DNA of 41,327 nucleotides from an uncultured Gammaproteobacteria bacterium (GTDB lineage: Bacteria; Patescibacteriota; Patescibacteriia; UBA9934). The DNA is taken from positions 9,082 to 50,408 of the forward strand of contig CAYROW010000001.1 in NCBI GenBank assembly GCA_964425965.1, written 5' to 3'. Below, in pieces: positions 9,307 to 18,329 of the stretch. The notes under the pieces were generated by a model. It was not told where the DNA came from. It ran no database searches and saw nothing but the letters and a program-made list of their open reading frames with translations. Both the position numbers and the translations under genes were made by a program. How positions within the stretch are numbered: position 1 is the first letter of the stretch; each line of letters starts with the position of its first letter.

Positions 9307-10144
9307 TATGATGAAATTTTAGCATGCCGTCCGTCACAACAACGCGTGTATCTGTATTCATCATCGTACGAAGGTTTGCTGGGAATCGAGCACGCTGCAT
9401 ACGCTCAGCAATACGCTCAATTCCTCCAATATTCGGCAACATCCATCTTCCATTAACGCGATACGCCTGAGCACGAACCACTCGGCGTGCATGCGGAAGC
9501 GACGGACGCATCCAGCCATTTGCCGCACGAAGCTTTGAAAGAATGTTTCCCCGATCAAGTATTGGCGACAGCGTCGCAAGCCAAAACAAGAAATATGGGT
9601 CATCAGAACCAATCTTCACTGACGACAAATCGAGCCGATCGTCAGCAACAAAAAAACTTAAACACATTGGATCTTTTCCGCGCTCGCCAGGACGCGCATG
9701 AAGGAGCGCAAGCGCGCCAGCAAGAAGAAGACGCGTCGACCAAATCCCTCCACGCGACGTCACAATGAATACATCAATGTCGCTCTCCTCATTCGTAAAC
9801 GAAAACGCAAGTGAGTTGCAGACCGCAACCATTTTTACCCACGGAAGCCACGACGCTACACGCACAAACCACTGCGCGCGTCGAGACTTTCGAAGCGCAT
9901 CCGCAACACGCGAAATGCGCTCTGTTCTCCACGCGCGCGTATCTCCAAGCGCAAAGAAGCCCTGTTCTTGAACGCATCCGTGCTTCCGAAGCCATACTGA
10001 TGACGTGAGCACGTCTTCAATGTCAACAAGCGTCGCCTGAGAAAGATCGCACCATTTCCAAATCTCGTACGCCGTCAACGGAAACTGAAAAAACGCGAAA
10101 TATGCCAACACGCGAAACGCTGACTGTTCGATTGGTGTCGGCAT
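9191..10144 (-). CDS. Hypothetical protein with a possible nucleotidyltransferase-fold core
   Basis: 317-aa ORF. The segment CNSLAFSFTNEESDIDVFIV resembles the G-S...D-x-D strand of minimal nucleotidyltransferases. I recognise nothing else. Confidence 0.45.
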   Translation of the reverse strand: MPTPIEQSAFRVLAYFAFFQFPLTAYEIWKWCDLSQATLVDIEDVLTSSVWLRKHGCVQEQGFFALGDTRAWRTERISRVADALRKSRRAQWFVRVASWLPWVKMVAVCNSLAFSFTNEESDIDVFIVTSRGGIWSTRLLLAGALALLHARPGERGKDPMCLSFFVADDRLDLSSVKIGSDDPYFLFWLATLSPILDRGNILSKLRAANGWMRPSLPHARRVVRAQAYRVNGRWMLPNIGGIERIAERMQRARFPANLRTMMNTDTRVVVTDGMLKFHHNDRRSEILQAYESLLSQLDDAVSVDRDCAPAMANAMDV

Positions 10145-10147
10145 ACA

Positions 10148-11161
10148 TTACTTCACCTTTTTCAGCACCCAACCCGATCCCGTACGAATCATGTGGAATA
10201 CTCCAAAGAGAATAAATACCGCATCGCGAAGTCGAATCATCAACGCGAATGCAAGCGCATCCATTGGAACACCGAGCGCAGCGAACACCGCAGTAAACCC
10301 ACCTTCGAAAATACCCAATCCACCAGGAACTGGAAGAATTAACGCGAGCCCCGGTAACGAACTCGCTAAAAATGCCTGCGCAAAATTCAACGTCACGCCA
10401 AAGCCCCAAGCAATATATAACGTCTCCACAACACGGAACGCCACCATCGCCATCGACAGCGCAGAGATGCCGAACACCACCCAACCGCCGCCTGCAAAAA
10501 ACCCTCGCATTAAATCTTCCGTATCTTCAAGCCAGTGCTCTACGCCACGGAATCGTTTCACGCGATCGAGCCGCAAACGGTGAAATAACGGTTTTGCCAT
10601 TGGCTTTCCCCGTCCAAGTGCCGCAAAAAACGACAATAATAAACCAAATGCGATCGCCAGACCCACGGCCATAATCCACAACGTTCCAGCACCGCCTTGA
10701 TGTTCAACGAGCGCAAAAATAACACCGAGCGCAATAAACACCACGTAGGAACAAAGCTCGAAAGCAATATCAAGCGTTGCCGACGCGACCGCGCTTCTAC
10801 TTGGAACGCCATCAGCCATCAATAACGCGACGCGCACAGGCTCTCCTCCCGCCTGATTCAGTGGCGTGAGATACCCCACGGCATACCCCGTCATGCGATG
10901 CCAGTACATTCTCCAAATGGAAAGTTTATGCTTCTTCTCTGTTACCTGTCTGTGAAGAATAATTGTCCACCGGAGACTATACAGCGTGAAGTTCAACATT
11001 GAGATACCTACAAGACCAACAAACGGCCATGCGCCAAACGTACTCATGTTTTGCAAAACATTCGTCCAGCCTTCTTTTGCAAGAAGAGTGTACAAAAGTC
11101 CAACGCCAAGCAAACCACTCGCAAGAATACCGAGAATGCGCCACGGAGCACGTTTGGCCAT
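10148..11161 (-). CDS. Flippase-like (lysylphosphatidylglycerol-synthase TM-region, UPF0104) membrane protein
   Basis: About 8 TM segments; size and hydrophobicity pattern fit the family. The start is either the ATG at 11161 (MAKRAPWRILG) or the GTG at 11182, which overlaps the yidC stop. Confidence 0.55.
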   Translation of the reverse strand: MAKRAPWRILGILASGLLGVGLLYTLLAKEGWTNVLQNMSTFGAWPFVGLVGISMLNFTLYSLRWTIILHRQVTEKKHKLSIWRMYWHRMTGYAVGYLTPLNQAGGEPVRVALLMADGVPSRSAVASATLDIAFELCSYVVFIALGVIFALVEHQGGAGTLWIMAVGLAIAFGLLLSFFAALGRGKPMAKPLFHRLRLDRVKRFRGVEHWLEDTEDLMRGFFAGGGWVVFGISALSMAMVAFRVVETLYIAWGFGVTLNFAQAFLASSLPGLALILPVPGGLGIFEGGFTAVFAALGVPMDALAFALMIRLRDAVFILFGVFHMIRTGSGWVLKKVK

Positions 11162-11178
11162 AATGCTGGCATTGTACC

Positions 11179-11910
11179 TCACTTTGTCGCGCTCTTCTTT
11201 GGACTCAAGAACAAGGCGTACATCACGTAGGTAAATGCGGTGCTCACAAAAATATAGAGCGTAACGCCGCCAACAAGCGTCGTAACACCGAGAATGAGCA
11301 TCATGACCGGCAACAAATACACTATCATCTTGTTCATCGTTGCGGTCATGTCTTCGTCAAGCGCTGGGCTTGAACCACGAACCGCAGCAGGCGGACGACG
11401 AGTAATCATTTGCTTTGCCTGGAAGTACTGACAAACCGCGGAAAGAATCGCAAGAGGGATCGAAACCTTTCCGAGATCGATACCGAGGAAGATCGGCGAC
11501 ATTGTTCCAGGATTGGAAACAAAGTCATACAAGATTGATGGATCAATCGTATGAATGCCAGCCGCAAGCGCGCGATACAACGCAATGAAGACGAAGAGCT
11601 GCACGATGGTTGGCAAACATGACGCGAACGGATTCACGTTGTGGACCTTGTAGACACTCATGAGTTCCTTTGCCATGGTCTCTTTGTCGTCTTTGTACTT
11701 TTCCTTGATCTCCGCAATCTTTGGCTGGATGTCTTGAAGCTCCTTCTGCGCCTTCATCGACTTGTACGTCAGCGGCAACACGGCTCCTTTCACAAGAATC
11801 GTCATGGCGATGATCGAAAGGCCGAGGCCACCCCATGGTGCGATGTCGTAAATGAACACGAGCAAGTTATAGAGTGGCTGGTAAAGAATGGTGAAAAAGA
11901 AAGATGCCAT
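11179..11910 (-). CDS. yidC: Membrane protein insertase YidC (short, Oxa1-like form)
   Basis: ILVKGAVLPLTYKSMKAQKELQDIQPKIAEIKEKYKDDKE...NPFASCLPTIVQLFVFIALY matches the conserved YidC core. Confidence 0.9.
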   Translation of the reverse strand: MASFFFTILYQPLYNLLVFIYDIAPWGGLGLSIIAMTILVKGAVLPLTYKSMKAQKELQDIQPKIAEIKEKYKDDKETMAKELMSVYKVHNVNPFASCLPTIVQLFVFIALYRALAAGIHTIDPSILYDFVSNPGTMSPIFLGIDLGKVSIPLAILSAVCQYFQAKQMITRRPPAAVRGSSPALDEDMTATMNKMIVYLLPVMMLILGVTTLVGGVTLYIFVSTAFTYVMYALFLSPKKSATK

Positions 11911-11912
11911 AA

Positions 11913-13127
11913 TTACTCGGCAATAACTGCATCGTCGGCAGGAACCTCAACTGGAGCAACAGCGCCGTCCGCCTGCCGTTCCTGAATGTTCACCTTCCAT
12001 CCGGTCAGCTTTGCAGCCAAACGTACGTTCTGACCTCCGCGACCAATCGCAAGCGAAAGCTGATCACTTGGAACAACAACGATTGCCGCGTGTTCTGTCT
12101 CGTCAAGGTTTACTTCAAGAACTTTTGCTGGAGAAAGCGCGTGGGTAATAAGCTCACGAGCATTTTCGCTCCACTGAATGATATCGATTTTCTCACCAGA
12201 AAGTTCGCTAGTAATGGTCTGAATACGGCTTCCACGCTGACCAATACACGCGCCGATCGGATCAATTCCTGCATCAGTCGATGCAACCGCAATCTTCGTA
12301 CGCGCACCGGCCTCACGTGCGATTGCTTTAATAACAACCGTTCCCTCAGCAACTTCCGGAATTTCAACCATGAACAACTTGCGGACAAGTTCTTCGCTCG
12401 TTCGTGAAAGCAAAATCTGTGCGCCACGAGCGCCAAGAGACACTTCGCGAACGTAAAACTTCAAACGATCACCGGATCGATAGCGCTCTGTTGGCATTGC
12501 ATCTTCCGGCTTCACAATTCCTGCAGTACGACCAATATCAACGAGAATAATGCGACCTTCACGGCGCTGAACCGTTCCCACAATCACGTCGCCCTCAACA
12601 CCCTTAAACTCGTTAAAAATAATTTCGCGCTCTGCTTCACGAAGCTTCTGGGTAATAACCTGCTTCGCAGTCATCGCTGCCATTCTGCCGAACTCCACAG
12701 CTTGTGGAAGCTCTGTACGCAAAACATCACCAACCTTCGCTCCCATCTTCATGAGCTGCGCGTCAGAAAGCATAATGTCAGTCTTCGGATTGAACTTTGG
12801 CGCAATTTCTTCTGGGGAGGTTTCTGCAGGAGGCATAAAGTCTCCCAACGCTTTCATTGCCTCACGACGAGCAGACTCCTCGGCTTCAAGTTTCTTCACT
12901 TCTTCCATTTCTTCTGGAGTAATGTCTGCAACCACCGTTTTTACATCGAAAATACGAGCGAGACCTGTTTCTGTATCAAATTTTGCCTCAAGGTTGTGAT
13001 ACTTATCGCCAAAATCCTTACGGTACGCTGCCGCCAACGCGGACTCGATTGTCGCCATGACGCTTTCGTAGCTCAAACCCTTCTCGTCACAAATCTGACG
13101 CATTGCTAACTCGATTGCACTTGCCAT
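11913..13127 (-). CDS. nusA: Transcription termination/antitermination factor NusA
   Basis: An N-terminal domain, an S1 domain (GDVIVGTVQRREGRIILVDIG) and two KH domains (GACIGQRGSRIQTITSELSGEKIDII, AIGRGGQNVRLAAKLTGWKVNI). Confidence 0.93.
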   Translation of the reverse strand: MASAIELAMRQICDEKGLSYESVMATIESALAAAYRKDFGDKYHNLEAKFDTETGLARIFDVKTVVADITPEEMEEVKKLEAEESARREAMKALGDFMPPAETSPEEIAPKFNPKTDIMLSDAQLMKMGAKVGDVLRTELPQAVEFGRMAAMTAKQVITQKLREAEREIIFNEFKGVEGDVIVGTVQRREGRIILVDIGRTAGIVKPEDAMPTERYRSGDRLKFYVREVSLGARGAQILLSRTSEELVRKLFMVEIPEVAEGTVVIKAIAREAGARTKIAVASTDAGIDPIGACIGQRGSRIQTITSELSGEKIDIIQWSENARELITHALSPAKVLEVNLDETEHAAIVVVPSDQLSLAIGRGGQNVRLAAKLTGWKVNIQERQADGAVAPVEVPADDAVIAE

Positions 13128-13214
13128 ATTCGATTGTTCTTCAATTTTTTAGCAGTGAAACCTGGCATTGCGGCCAGGTTTCAACATGAGAATAGGATAG
13201 CACAGCGCGATAGA

Positions 13215-13448
13215 CTACGCAATATTCGTGACGATCTTCAATTGAACGATGTCGCGTTGGCATTCATCAATTTGTGGGAGGATTTGGCCCCCAATGAACT
13301 CAGTCACTTCCGAGATAATCTTCTTTTCAGTAACGACTAACAATGCACGCATCTCATCGCGAATCTCGCGTTTGAGTACATGGTTATTCGCCCCCAACAC
13401 TTCACCAAACATACCACGAAGCACTCGAACATCTTCTTTGTTCAGCAT
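13215..13448 (-). CDS. Small hypothetical protein (77 aa, helical/coiled-coil-like)
   Basis: This is an ORF-only call. The composition looks plausible and I see no motif. Confidence 0.3.
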   Translation of the reverse strand: MLNKEDVRVLRGMFGEVLGANNHVLKREIRDEMRALLVVTEKKIISEVTEFIGGQILPQIDECQRDIVQLKIVTNIA

Positions 13449-13628
13449 AGAAACAAAAAATGAAGAATGAAATTCGTGGGGACTCCTTGTATCATATCAA
13501 GATTTTTTTCCACTGTCATTTCATTTCTCCACAATATCTCGGACTATAATTATATGCACAAGAAATACGCTACAATCAAAGATGTAACCTCTAATAAGTT
13601 CATCGACACCATTAAAAAATGAAACCGT

Positions 13629-13967
13629 ATGTCCCTCCACTATATTCTTTTTTGTTTCGGAGCCGGGTTAGTACAGGGCACATGGCTAAAATCAAACGAG
13701 CTAAATCCACTTAACACCCCCATATGGTGGGAGACGGAAAATAGAAAAGTTTTTGTTTTTATTTTGGCTATAATTTCTTTTCTTCTTGAACTTGGGATCG
13801 GTTTTCTATTCGTCTCATGGTGGGCGGGGCTATTCCTCTGGTTGCCGGCGCTACTACTTTCAGTCTTATTTGTTCCGGGTGGTCCCTTTGGAACAAAAAA
13901 TCCGATGATTCAACTCTCGCTTGGAATAATTATTATGATTGCTGAGCTGATAACATTTAAATTTTAA
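13629..13967 (+). CDS. Small membrane protein in an AT-rich patch
   Basis: 112 aa with 3-4 hydrophobic segments. The local sequence is clearly more AT-rich than its neighbours. Confidence 0.45.
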   Translation: MSLHYILFCFGAGLVQGTWLKSNELNPLNTPIWWETENRKVFVFILAIISFLLELGIGFLFVSWWAGLFLWLPALLLSVLFVPGGPFGTKNPMIQLSLGIIIMIAELITFKF

Positions 13968-13977
13968 ATCCGGCAAT

Positions 13978-14328
13978 CTACCCCACCCCAATAATGTGCG
14001 TGATCCGGGGAGGAGATTGATCGTATTCAATCGCAACGACGTCAATGCGCCATTCGGATTGAGGGTGATCGCTCATGAAATGTTCGGCGACGATGGCGAT
14101 TTTACGGAGTTTCGATTTTGTCACGGATTCTTCAGGATACCCGAACTCGTGATCATTCCTCGCCTTTACCTCGACCATCACAAATTCCTCGCCATCTTTT
14201 GCAATAATGTCGATTTCGCCAAAGCGATTTCGGTATTGCGTGTCGATAATCTTCATCGTTTTCGATTTCAAAAACGCAGCGGCGTCGGCCTCCGCTGCGT
14301 TTCCAAAAATCCTCCTCTTATCGACCAT
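13978..14328 (-). CDS. yraN: YraN family (UPF0102) endonuclease-like protein
   Basis: GNAAEADAAAFL...FGEIDIIAKDGEEFVMVEVKAR matches the YraN signature. The start is set at the ATG at 14328 (MVDKRRIFG), right after the upstream ORF's stop. The Cys/Arg-rich extension in the track looks spurious. Confidence 0.8.
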   Translation of the reverse strand: MVDKRRIFGNAAEADAAAFLKSKTMKIIDTQYRNRFGEIDIIAKDGEEFVMVEVKARNDHEFGYPEESVTKSKLRKIAIVAEHFMSDHPQSEWRIDVVAIEYDQSPPRITHIIGVG

Positions 14329-14333
14329 AGCGA

Positions 14334-14750
14334 CTATCGAGAGCGCTTTGGAAGGTACTTGTTCACGTCTGCACGAGACTGCTCGCGGTACTGCAACGCT
14401 GGAACCTCTTTCTTGACGTATCGGACAATTGCAACAACCGCAGCAACGACAGCAAGAATCCACACAAGGAACCAGAAGCGAGAGCCAAAAAATTGAATTT
14501 CCTCAAAGGTGAAGAAGAACCATACCAATCCCACGACACCAGAAACCGAACACAACGACGCGATCTTCTTGAGGGTTATTGCGCGATATCGATCGTATGT
14601 TCCGTTACGAACCACCATGCGGATCACTGAACCCGCAATAACCGTAAGTGCAAAGAATCCGAAAAATCCTGCCTCAAACGCCGCGGACATGCGTGTCGGC
14701 GTCAGATCGAACCAAAAGCTCAAATTCCACAGTGGAGAGAGAAAATTCAT
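14334..14750 (-). CDS. Membrane protein, unknown function
   Basis: Four hydrophobic segments. The start is either the ATG at 14750 (MNFLSPLW) or the TTG at 14789. Confidence 0.45.
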   Translation of the reverse strand: MNFLSPLWNLSFWFDLTPTRMSAAFEAGFFGFFALTVIAGSVIRMVVRNGTYDRYRAITLKKIASLCSVSGVVGLVWFFFTFEEIQFFGSRFWFLVWILAVVAAVVAIVRYVKKEVPALQYREQSRADVNKYLPKRSR

Positions 14751-14785
14751 ATGGGCTGGATGGTACGGGATTTTACCGGCGCTGG

Positions 14786-15331
14786 TCAATGAGAATAAAC
14801 ACGCCCCCAGTGATCACGGCTTGCACGGAACTTCCCGCATTCCCGACATCCCCCTTCAGCAAAAAGCCGGCTCATTGCATGCGGAGCAACGCGGTTTGCA
14901 GCATTTGGCGCAAGAACGTGACGCGAATGAGGTTCCCAATCAACGACAATAATCTGCCCGTCTGGTGCAAGCAATCGACGAGCCTCGGCAACAATAGACG
15001 CGCGACGCCGCGCGGACCACAAGGTGTTAATAAGAAAAATGCGATCAAGCGACCCTTGTTCAATATCAGCGACTCCACCGAGGCGCTCAATGTCACCGCG
15101 AACTGGATAAAGATTAATAAGTGAATGAAGGGATCGATGACCGCGCAACATTGACAACGCTTCTGGATGAATGTCTACCGCGAATACCAAGCCGCCATCC
15201 GCGAGCATTCGTGCAGCTGAGAGCACAAGATGCCCTGTTCCTCCAGCACCAAAATCCGCCACACGATGTTCGGGGCGAAGATTTGCGATCTCAAGGATCA
15301 CGCGTGCATCAAGAAGCGCAGAGCCAGCCAT
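14786..15331 (-). CDS. Class I SAM-dependent methyltransferase
   Basis: Motif I VADFGAGGTGHL followed by the acidic-loop strand LVFAVDIHPEAL. Length is 181 aa. Confidence 0.75.
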   Translation of the reverse strand: MAGSALLDARVILEIANLRPEHRVADFGAGGTGHLVLSAARMLADGGLVFAVDIHPEALSMLRGHRSLHSLINLYPVRGDIERLGGVADIEQGSLDRIFLINTLWSARRRASIVAEARRLLAPDGQIIVVDWEPHSRHVLAPNAANRVAPHAMSRLFAEGGCRECGKFRASRDHWGRVYSH

Positions 15332-15334
15332 GGT

Positions 15335-15568
15335 TTAGAACAACGAACGAATAAAGCTTCCAATGATGATATCGAACAAATCAAGCGTCACGATAAATCC
15401 GAGAATGACAATCGCCGTTCCAAGAAGTTTGTAAAAAAATGCCGTGGTCCCCAAATGTTGCTCTGCCCACATAACCGGGCCAAGCATGTCCTCGAACCAC
15501 CGCGTTTTCCATACCATCATCCACCCCATTGCGGTAATGAAGAGGCCAATAAGAATTCGCTGCAACAT
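15335..15568 (-). CDS. Small membrane protein (77 aa, 2-3 TM)
   Basis: ORF with hydrophobic segments, packed tightly against the methyltransferase gene. Confidence 0.45.
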   Translation of the reverse strand: MLQRILIGLFITAMGWMMVWKTRWFEDMLGPVMWAEQHLGTTAFFYKLLGTAIVILGFIVTLDLFDIIIGSFIRSLF

Positions 15569-15594
15569 ATGCTCTATTTTATCATAAACAAAAA

Positions 15595-15614
15595 CGAAGC
15601 CCGGTTAGGCTTCG
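15595..15614. terminator. Bidirectional hairpin terminator
   Basis: aaaaaCGAAGCC-cggtta-GGCTTCGatttt is flanked by an A-tract and a T-tract. It lies between tRNA-Leu and the next minus-strand gene. Confidence 0.6.
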
Positions 15615-15621
15615 ATTTTGA

Positions 15622-15707
15622 TGGTGCGCGGAAGAGGACTCGAACCTCCACGACCTTGCGGCCACCAGCCCCTCAAGCTGGCGTGTCTACCATTTCACCA
15701 TCCGCGC
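15622..15707 (-). tRNA. tRNA-Leu (anticodon GAG), type II with long variable arm, CCA encoded
   Basis: Minus strand: GCGCGGA-TG-GTG..CAC-G-CCAGC-TTGAGGG-GCTGG-long arm-GGAGG-TTCGAGT-CCTCT-TCCGCGC-A-CCA, folded by hand. Confidence 0.85.
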
Positions 15708-15795
15708 AGGTACACCAAAGGAACGGGCAGAAGCATAACCTCAAGATTGAAAAGATTCAAGCCTTCAGGTACGATTCCCCGGCGATGCCCCTTTT

Positions 15796-15872
15796 GGACG
15801 CCTAGCTCAGCTGGTTAGAGCATCTCGTTTACACCGAGAGGGTCGAGGGTTCGAATCCCCCGGCGTCCACCA
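15796..15872 (+). tRNA. tRNA-Val (anticodon TAC), CCA encoded
   Basis: GGACGCC-TA-GCTC-AGCTGGTTA-GAGC-A-TCTCG-TTTACAC-CGAGA-GGGTC-GAGGG-TTCGAAT-CCCCC-GGCGTCC-A-CCA. There is one A:C mismatch in the T stem. Confidence 0.85.
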
Positions 15873-15878
15873 TCGATG

Positions 15879-15903
15879 AAGAAGCCATGAAGGGCTTCTT
15901 TTT
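15879..15903 (+). terminator. Rho-independent terminator after tRNA-Val
   Basis: AAGAAGCC-atgaag-GGCTTCTT followed by TTT. Confidence 0.65.
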
Positions 15904-15936
15904 CGTTTCCCGGTTCTTTGATACCCTTATTGCACT

Positions 15937-16620
15937 ATGGCAAATATGAAATTCGGGCTTGTTGGGCGCATCGCCACCATTCTTGCGGGAATCGTGGTTG
16001 TGGTTGCAGGAATGGCATGGATCGGCAATGCACAGGATCACGCAAATGATCCACAAACGCTCAGCATTCCCGTCAACGACAGCGATTGGTACGTCGGTGG
16101 CAAAGACGCTGCGGTAACCCTCGTTGAGTACAGCGATTTCCAGTGCCCGGCTTGCGGCGCATATTTCCCGGTGATGAAAGGACTGCAAGAGGCATACGGC
16201 GACAAGCTCAAGATTGTGTACCGCAACTATCCTCTCGTTACCCTTCATGCGAATGCGCAAATTGCTGCACAAGCCGCAGAAGCCGCAGGTATCCAAGGAA
16301 AGTTCTTCGAAATGCACGACGCGCTATTCCAGAATCAGCAGTCGTGGAGCACCGAGACTGATCCAACAAACACCTTCTTGAACTACGCAACCGTCATTGG
16401 ACTTGATGTGGAGAAATTCCGAACCGATCTCACGAGTAACGCGGTTATCAACGAGATCAAAAACGATATTAACGGTGGAAACGCATCGAGGCTCAGCGGA
16501 ACGCCAACATTCTTCTTGAACGGAGTACAAATCACAAAAAATCCTCAGGGACTCGAACCATTCAAGACCATCATCGATGCCGCAATGAATCCAGCGCCAA
16601 GTCCAGAATCGAATCAGTAA
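15937..16620 (+). CDS. DsbA-family thiol:disulfide oxidoreductase, membrane-anchored
   Basis: An N-terminal TM anchor and the thioredoxin-fold active site YSDFQCPACGAYFP (CPAC). Confidence 0.85.
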   Translation: MANMKFGLVGRIATILAGIVVVVAGMAWIGNAQDHANDPQTLSIPVNDSDWYVGGKDAAVTLVEYSDFQCPACGAYFPVMKGLQEAYGDKLKIVYRNYPLVTLHANAQIAAQAAEAAGIQGKFFEMHDALFQNQQSWSTETDPTNTFLNYATVIGLDVEKFRTDLTSNAVINEIKNDINGGNASRLSGTPTFFLNGVQITKNPQGLEPFKTIIDAAMNPAPSPESNQ

Positions 16621-16623
16621 TCT

Positions 16624-17079
16624 ATGTCAGCCTCTCGCTGGTATCCATTCACCATTCTTGGCGTGAGCATCGTTGGATTCTTTGACGCTGCGTATTTAGC
16701 CATTCAGCACTACACGCAGTTCACCCTTCCCTGCACCATTACCCACGGCTGCGATCTCGTTACCAAAAGCGAATATTCACAAATCATGGGCGTTCCGGTT
16801 TCCCTCCTCGGCGCCATCTACTACCTCGCAATCTTCCTCGCCGTGTACATCATTCTCGAAACAAAAAAAACGGAATACCTCCGTTTCATTGCCATCGCCA
16901 CAACCTTCGGATTCCTCTTTTCCGCTTGGTTCGTCTATCTCCAATTCTTCGTGATTCACGCCATCTGCCAGTACTGCATGCTCTCCGCAATTACCTCAAC
17001 CACAATGTTTGCTGCATCGATTGTGTATTTTTCAAAGGAGTACGTAAAAAACATTAAAACTTCCTCGCCTTCCCTGTAA
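16624..17079 (+). CDS. Vitamin K epoxide reductase (VKOR) family protein
   Basis: Four TM segments, a loop Cys pair (PCTITHGC) and CQYC in the last TM helix. The gene sits 3 nt after dsbA. Confidence 0.85.
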   Translation: MSASRWYPFTILGVSIVGFFDAAYLAIQHYTQFTLPCTITHGCDLVTKSEYSQIMGVPVSLLGAIYYLAIFLAVYIILETKKTEYLRFIAIATTFGFLFSAWFVYLQFFVIHAICQYCMLSAITSTTMFAASIVYFSKEYVKNIKTSSPSL

Positions 17080-17788
17080 CCATTCGGAGTGCCCTGGGGA
17101 TTACACGGAAGGAGAAATCTTTGCCTTGAAGTTGATCACCGTCCACGGTGGCGGTGATTTGCTTTTCGCAGGCAATGAACATTTCTTCAAAAGGGATAAT
17201 TCCGATGTCAGCCTTGCCTTTGAAGAGTGAAAACTTTGGAAGACGGATGATAAGAGAAAGCCGACCGTCGACAGGACTAATCATGCCAGCGTCGTCAGGC
17301 GCGGCGAAGTTTCGGACTTCGAGAGAGGCCTTTCGAAGTGGAGTAACGACGTATTGTTTTCCGTGATGGATTGAAAAGTCCGTACCGTCAATGTGAACCG
17401 ATTGCACGAATCGCTTTCCGTTCACCTCACCAACATCGAGCTCCTCAACATTTCGAGCGCTCAACACGTCGCATGCCGCAACGCCGCTTGGCATGCCCAA
17501 TAAATCTGCCATACCGCCCTGTGGACCAACTGGGAGCAACGCGACGACGGTTTTTCTGTCTTGCACCGCGTCGATCACGCGACGAAGCGTCATGTCATTC
17601 CCCACCGCGACCACCGTCGTTACTCCAGAGCGAATTTCGTCGCGAATCAATTCGATTGGTTCACGAAACAAGGCCAAGCGAGCAATCTTGCCGGCAATGC
17701 CCAAGTCCGTTACGCGCGTTTCGATTTGAGCGAGCTCTCGCTCAAATCGTCGGTCTTGCAGCGCTTCGTCGTAAACGTAGCAATACAC
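17054..17788 (-). CDS. Diacylglycerol kinase catalytic-domain (YegS/LCB5-like) family protein
   Basis: The fold-level pattern ...VVAVGNDMTLRRVIDAV... sits where GGDGT is normally found (here GNDMT). The 3' end is convergent with and overlaps the VKOR gene. Confidence 0.6.
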   Translation of the reverse strand: MYCYVYDEALQDRRFERELAQIETRVTDLGIAGKIARLALFREPIELIRDEIRSGVTTVVAVGNDMTLRRVIDAVQDRKTVVALLPVGPQGGMADLLGMPSGVAACDVLSARNVEELDVGEVNGKRFVQSVHIDGTDFSIHHGKQYVVTPLRKASLEVRNFAAPDDAGMISPVDGRLSLIIRLPKFSLFKGKADIGIIPFEEMFIACEKQITATVDGDQLQGKDFSFRVIPRALRMVTGKARKF

Positions 17789-17790
17789 AA

Positions 17791-18165
17791 TTATTCTTCA
17801 AGAGCAGCTTCAGCGCGTTTCTTTCCCTTTGGTGCCTCTGCACCCATGCTGATGTTGCCATTTACCTGTGCACCAGGGCCAATTGCCAACACTTCCGTGA
17901 CAACATCGCCGGTCATTTTCGACGAAGGGAAAAGCTCAAACTTTCCATGTACCACAATGTTTCCTCGAATTTCCCCGCTGACAACAGCATTGCTTGCCTC
18001 AATATTCGCCTCAACAAATGCTTGATCACCAATGCGTAAGTCGCCCTTCGTTTTTACTGTTCCGTGAACTTCGCCTTCAATGACGATGTCGCCTTCAGCA
18101 TGCAAATCACCCTCGAGTCGAACGCCGTGCGCGATAATCGTTTCTGGACCTGTTCCTTTTGCCAT
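17791..18165 (-). CDS. Bactofilin (polymer-forming cytoskeletal protein)
   Basis: Repetitive beta-helix pattern: G.V..G....GDL.I. (GDIVIEGEVHGTVKTKGDLRIG..., GEIRGNIVVHGKFEL). Confidence 0.8.
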   Translation of the reverse strand: MAKGTGPETIIAHGVRLEGDLHAEGDIVIEGEVHGTVKTKGDLRIGDQAFVEANIEASNAVVSGEIRGNIVVHGKFELFPSSKMTGDVVTEVLAIGPGAQVNGNISMGAEAPKGKKRAEAALEE

Positions 18166-18329
18166 AAGAGAAATATTAGTCGTCTTTGCCCTTTGGCCGA
18201 TTTTGGGCTTGCATCATCGGAAACTCGCTCAACGTACACATGAAGTACGTCTCGCGAGCTTTCCTCGACGCGCACCCAAACTCGTCACAAATGGCGAAAT
18301 CCGAATAGGTTCATTATTTCGTACCACGA

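Noticed and set aside
13157-13182. Perfect 10-bp hairpin GAAACCTGGC-attgcg-GCCAGGTTTC just upstream of nusA, considered as a terminator or attenuator
   Set aside because: No U-tract follows it on either strand. On the minus strand it is followed by an A-run. It may still terminate the small upstream ORF, but I cannot support a specific call.
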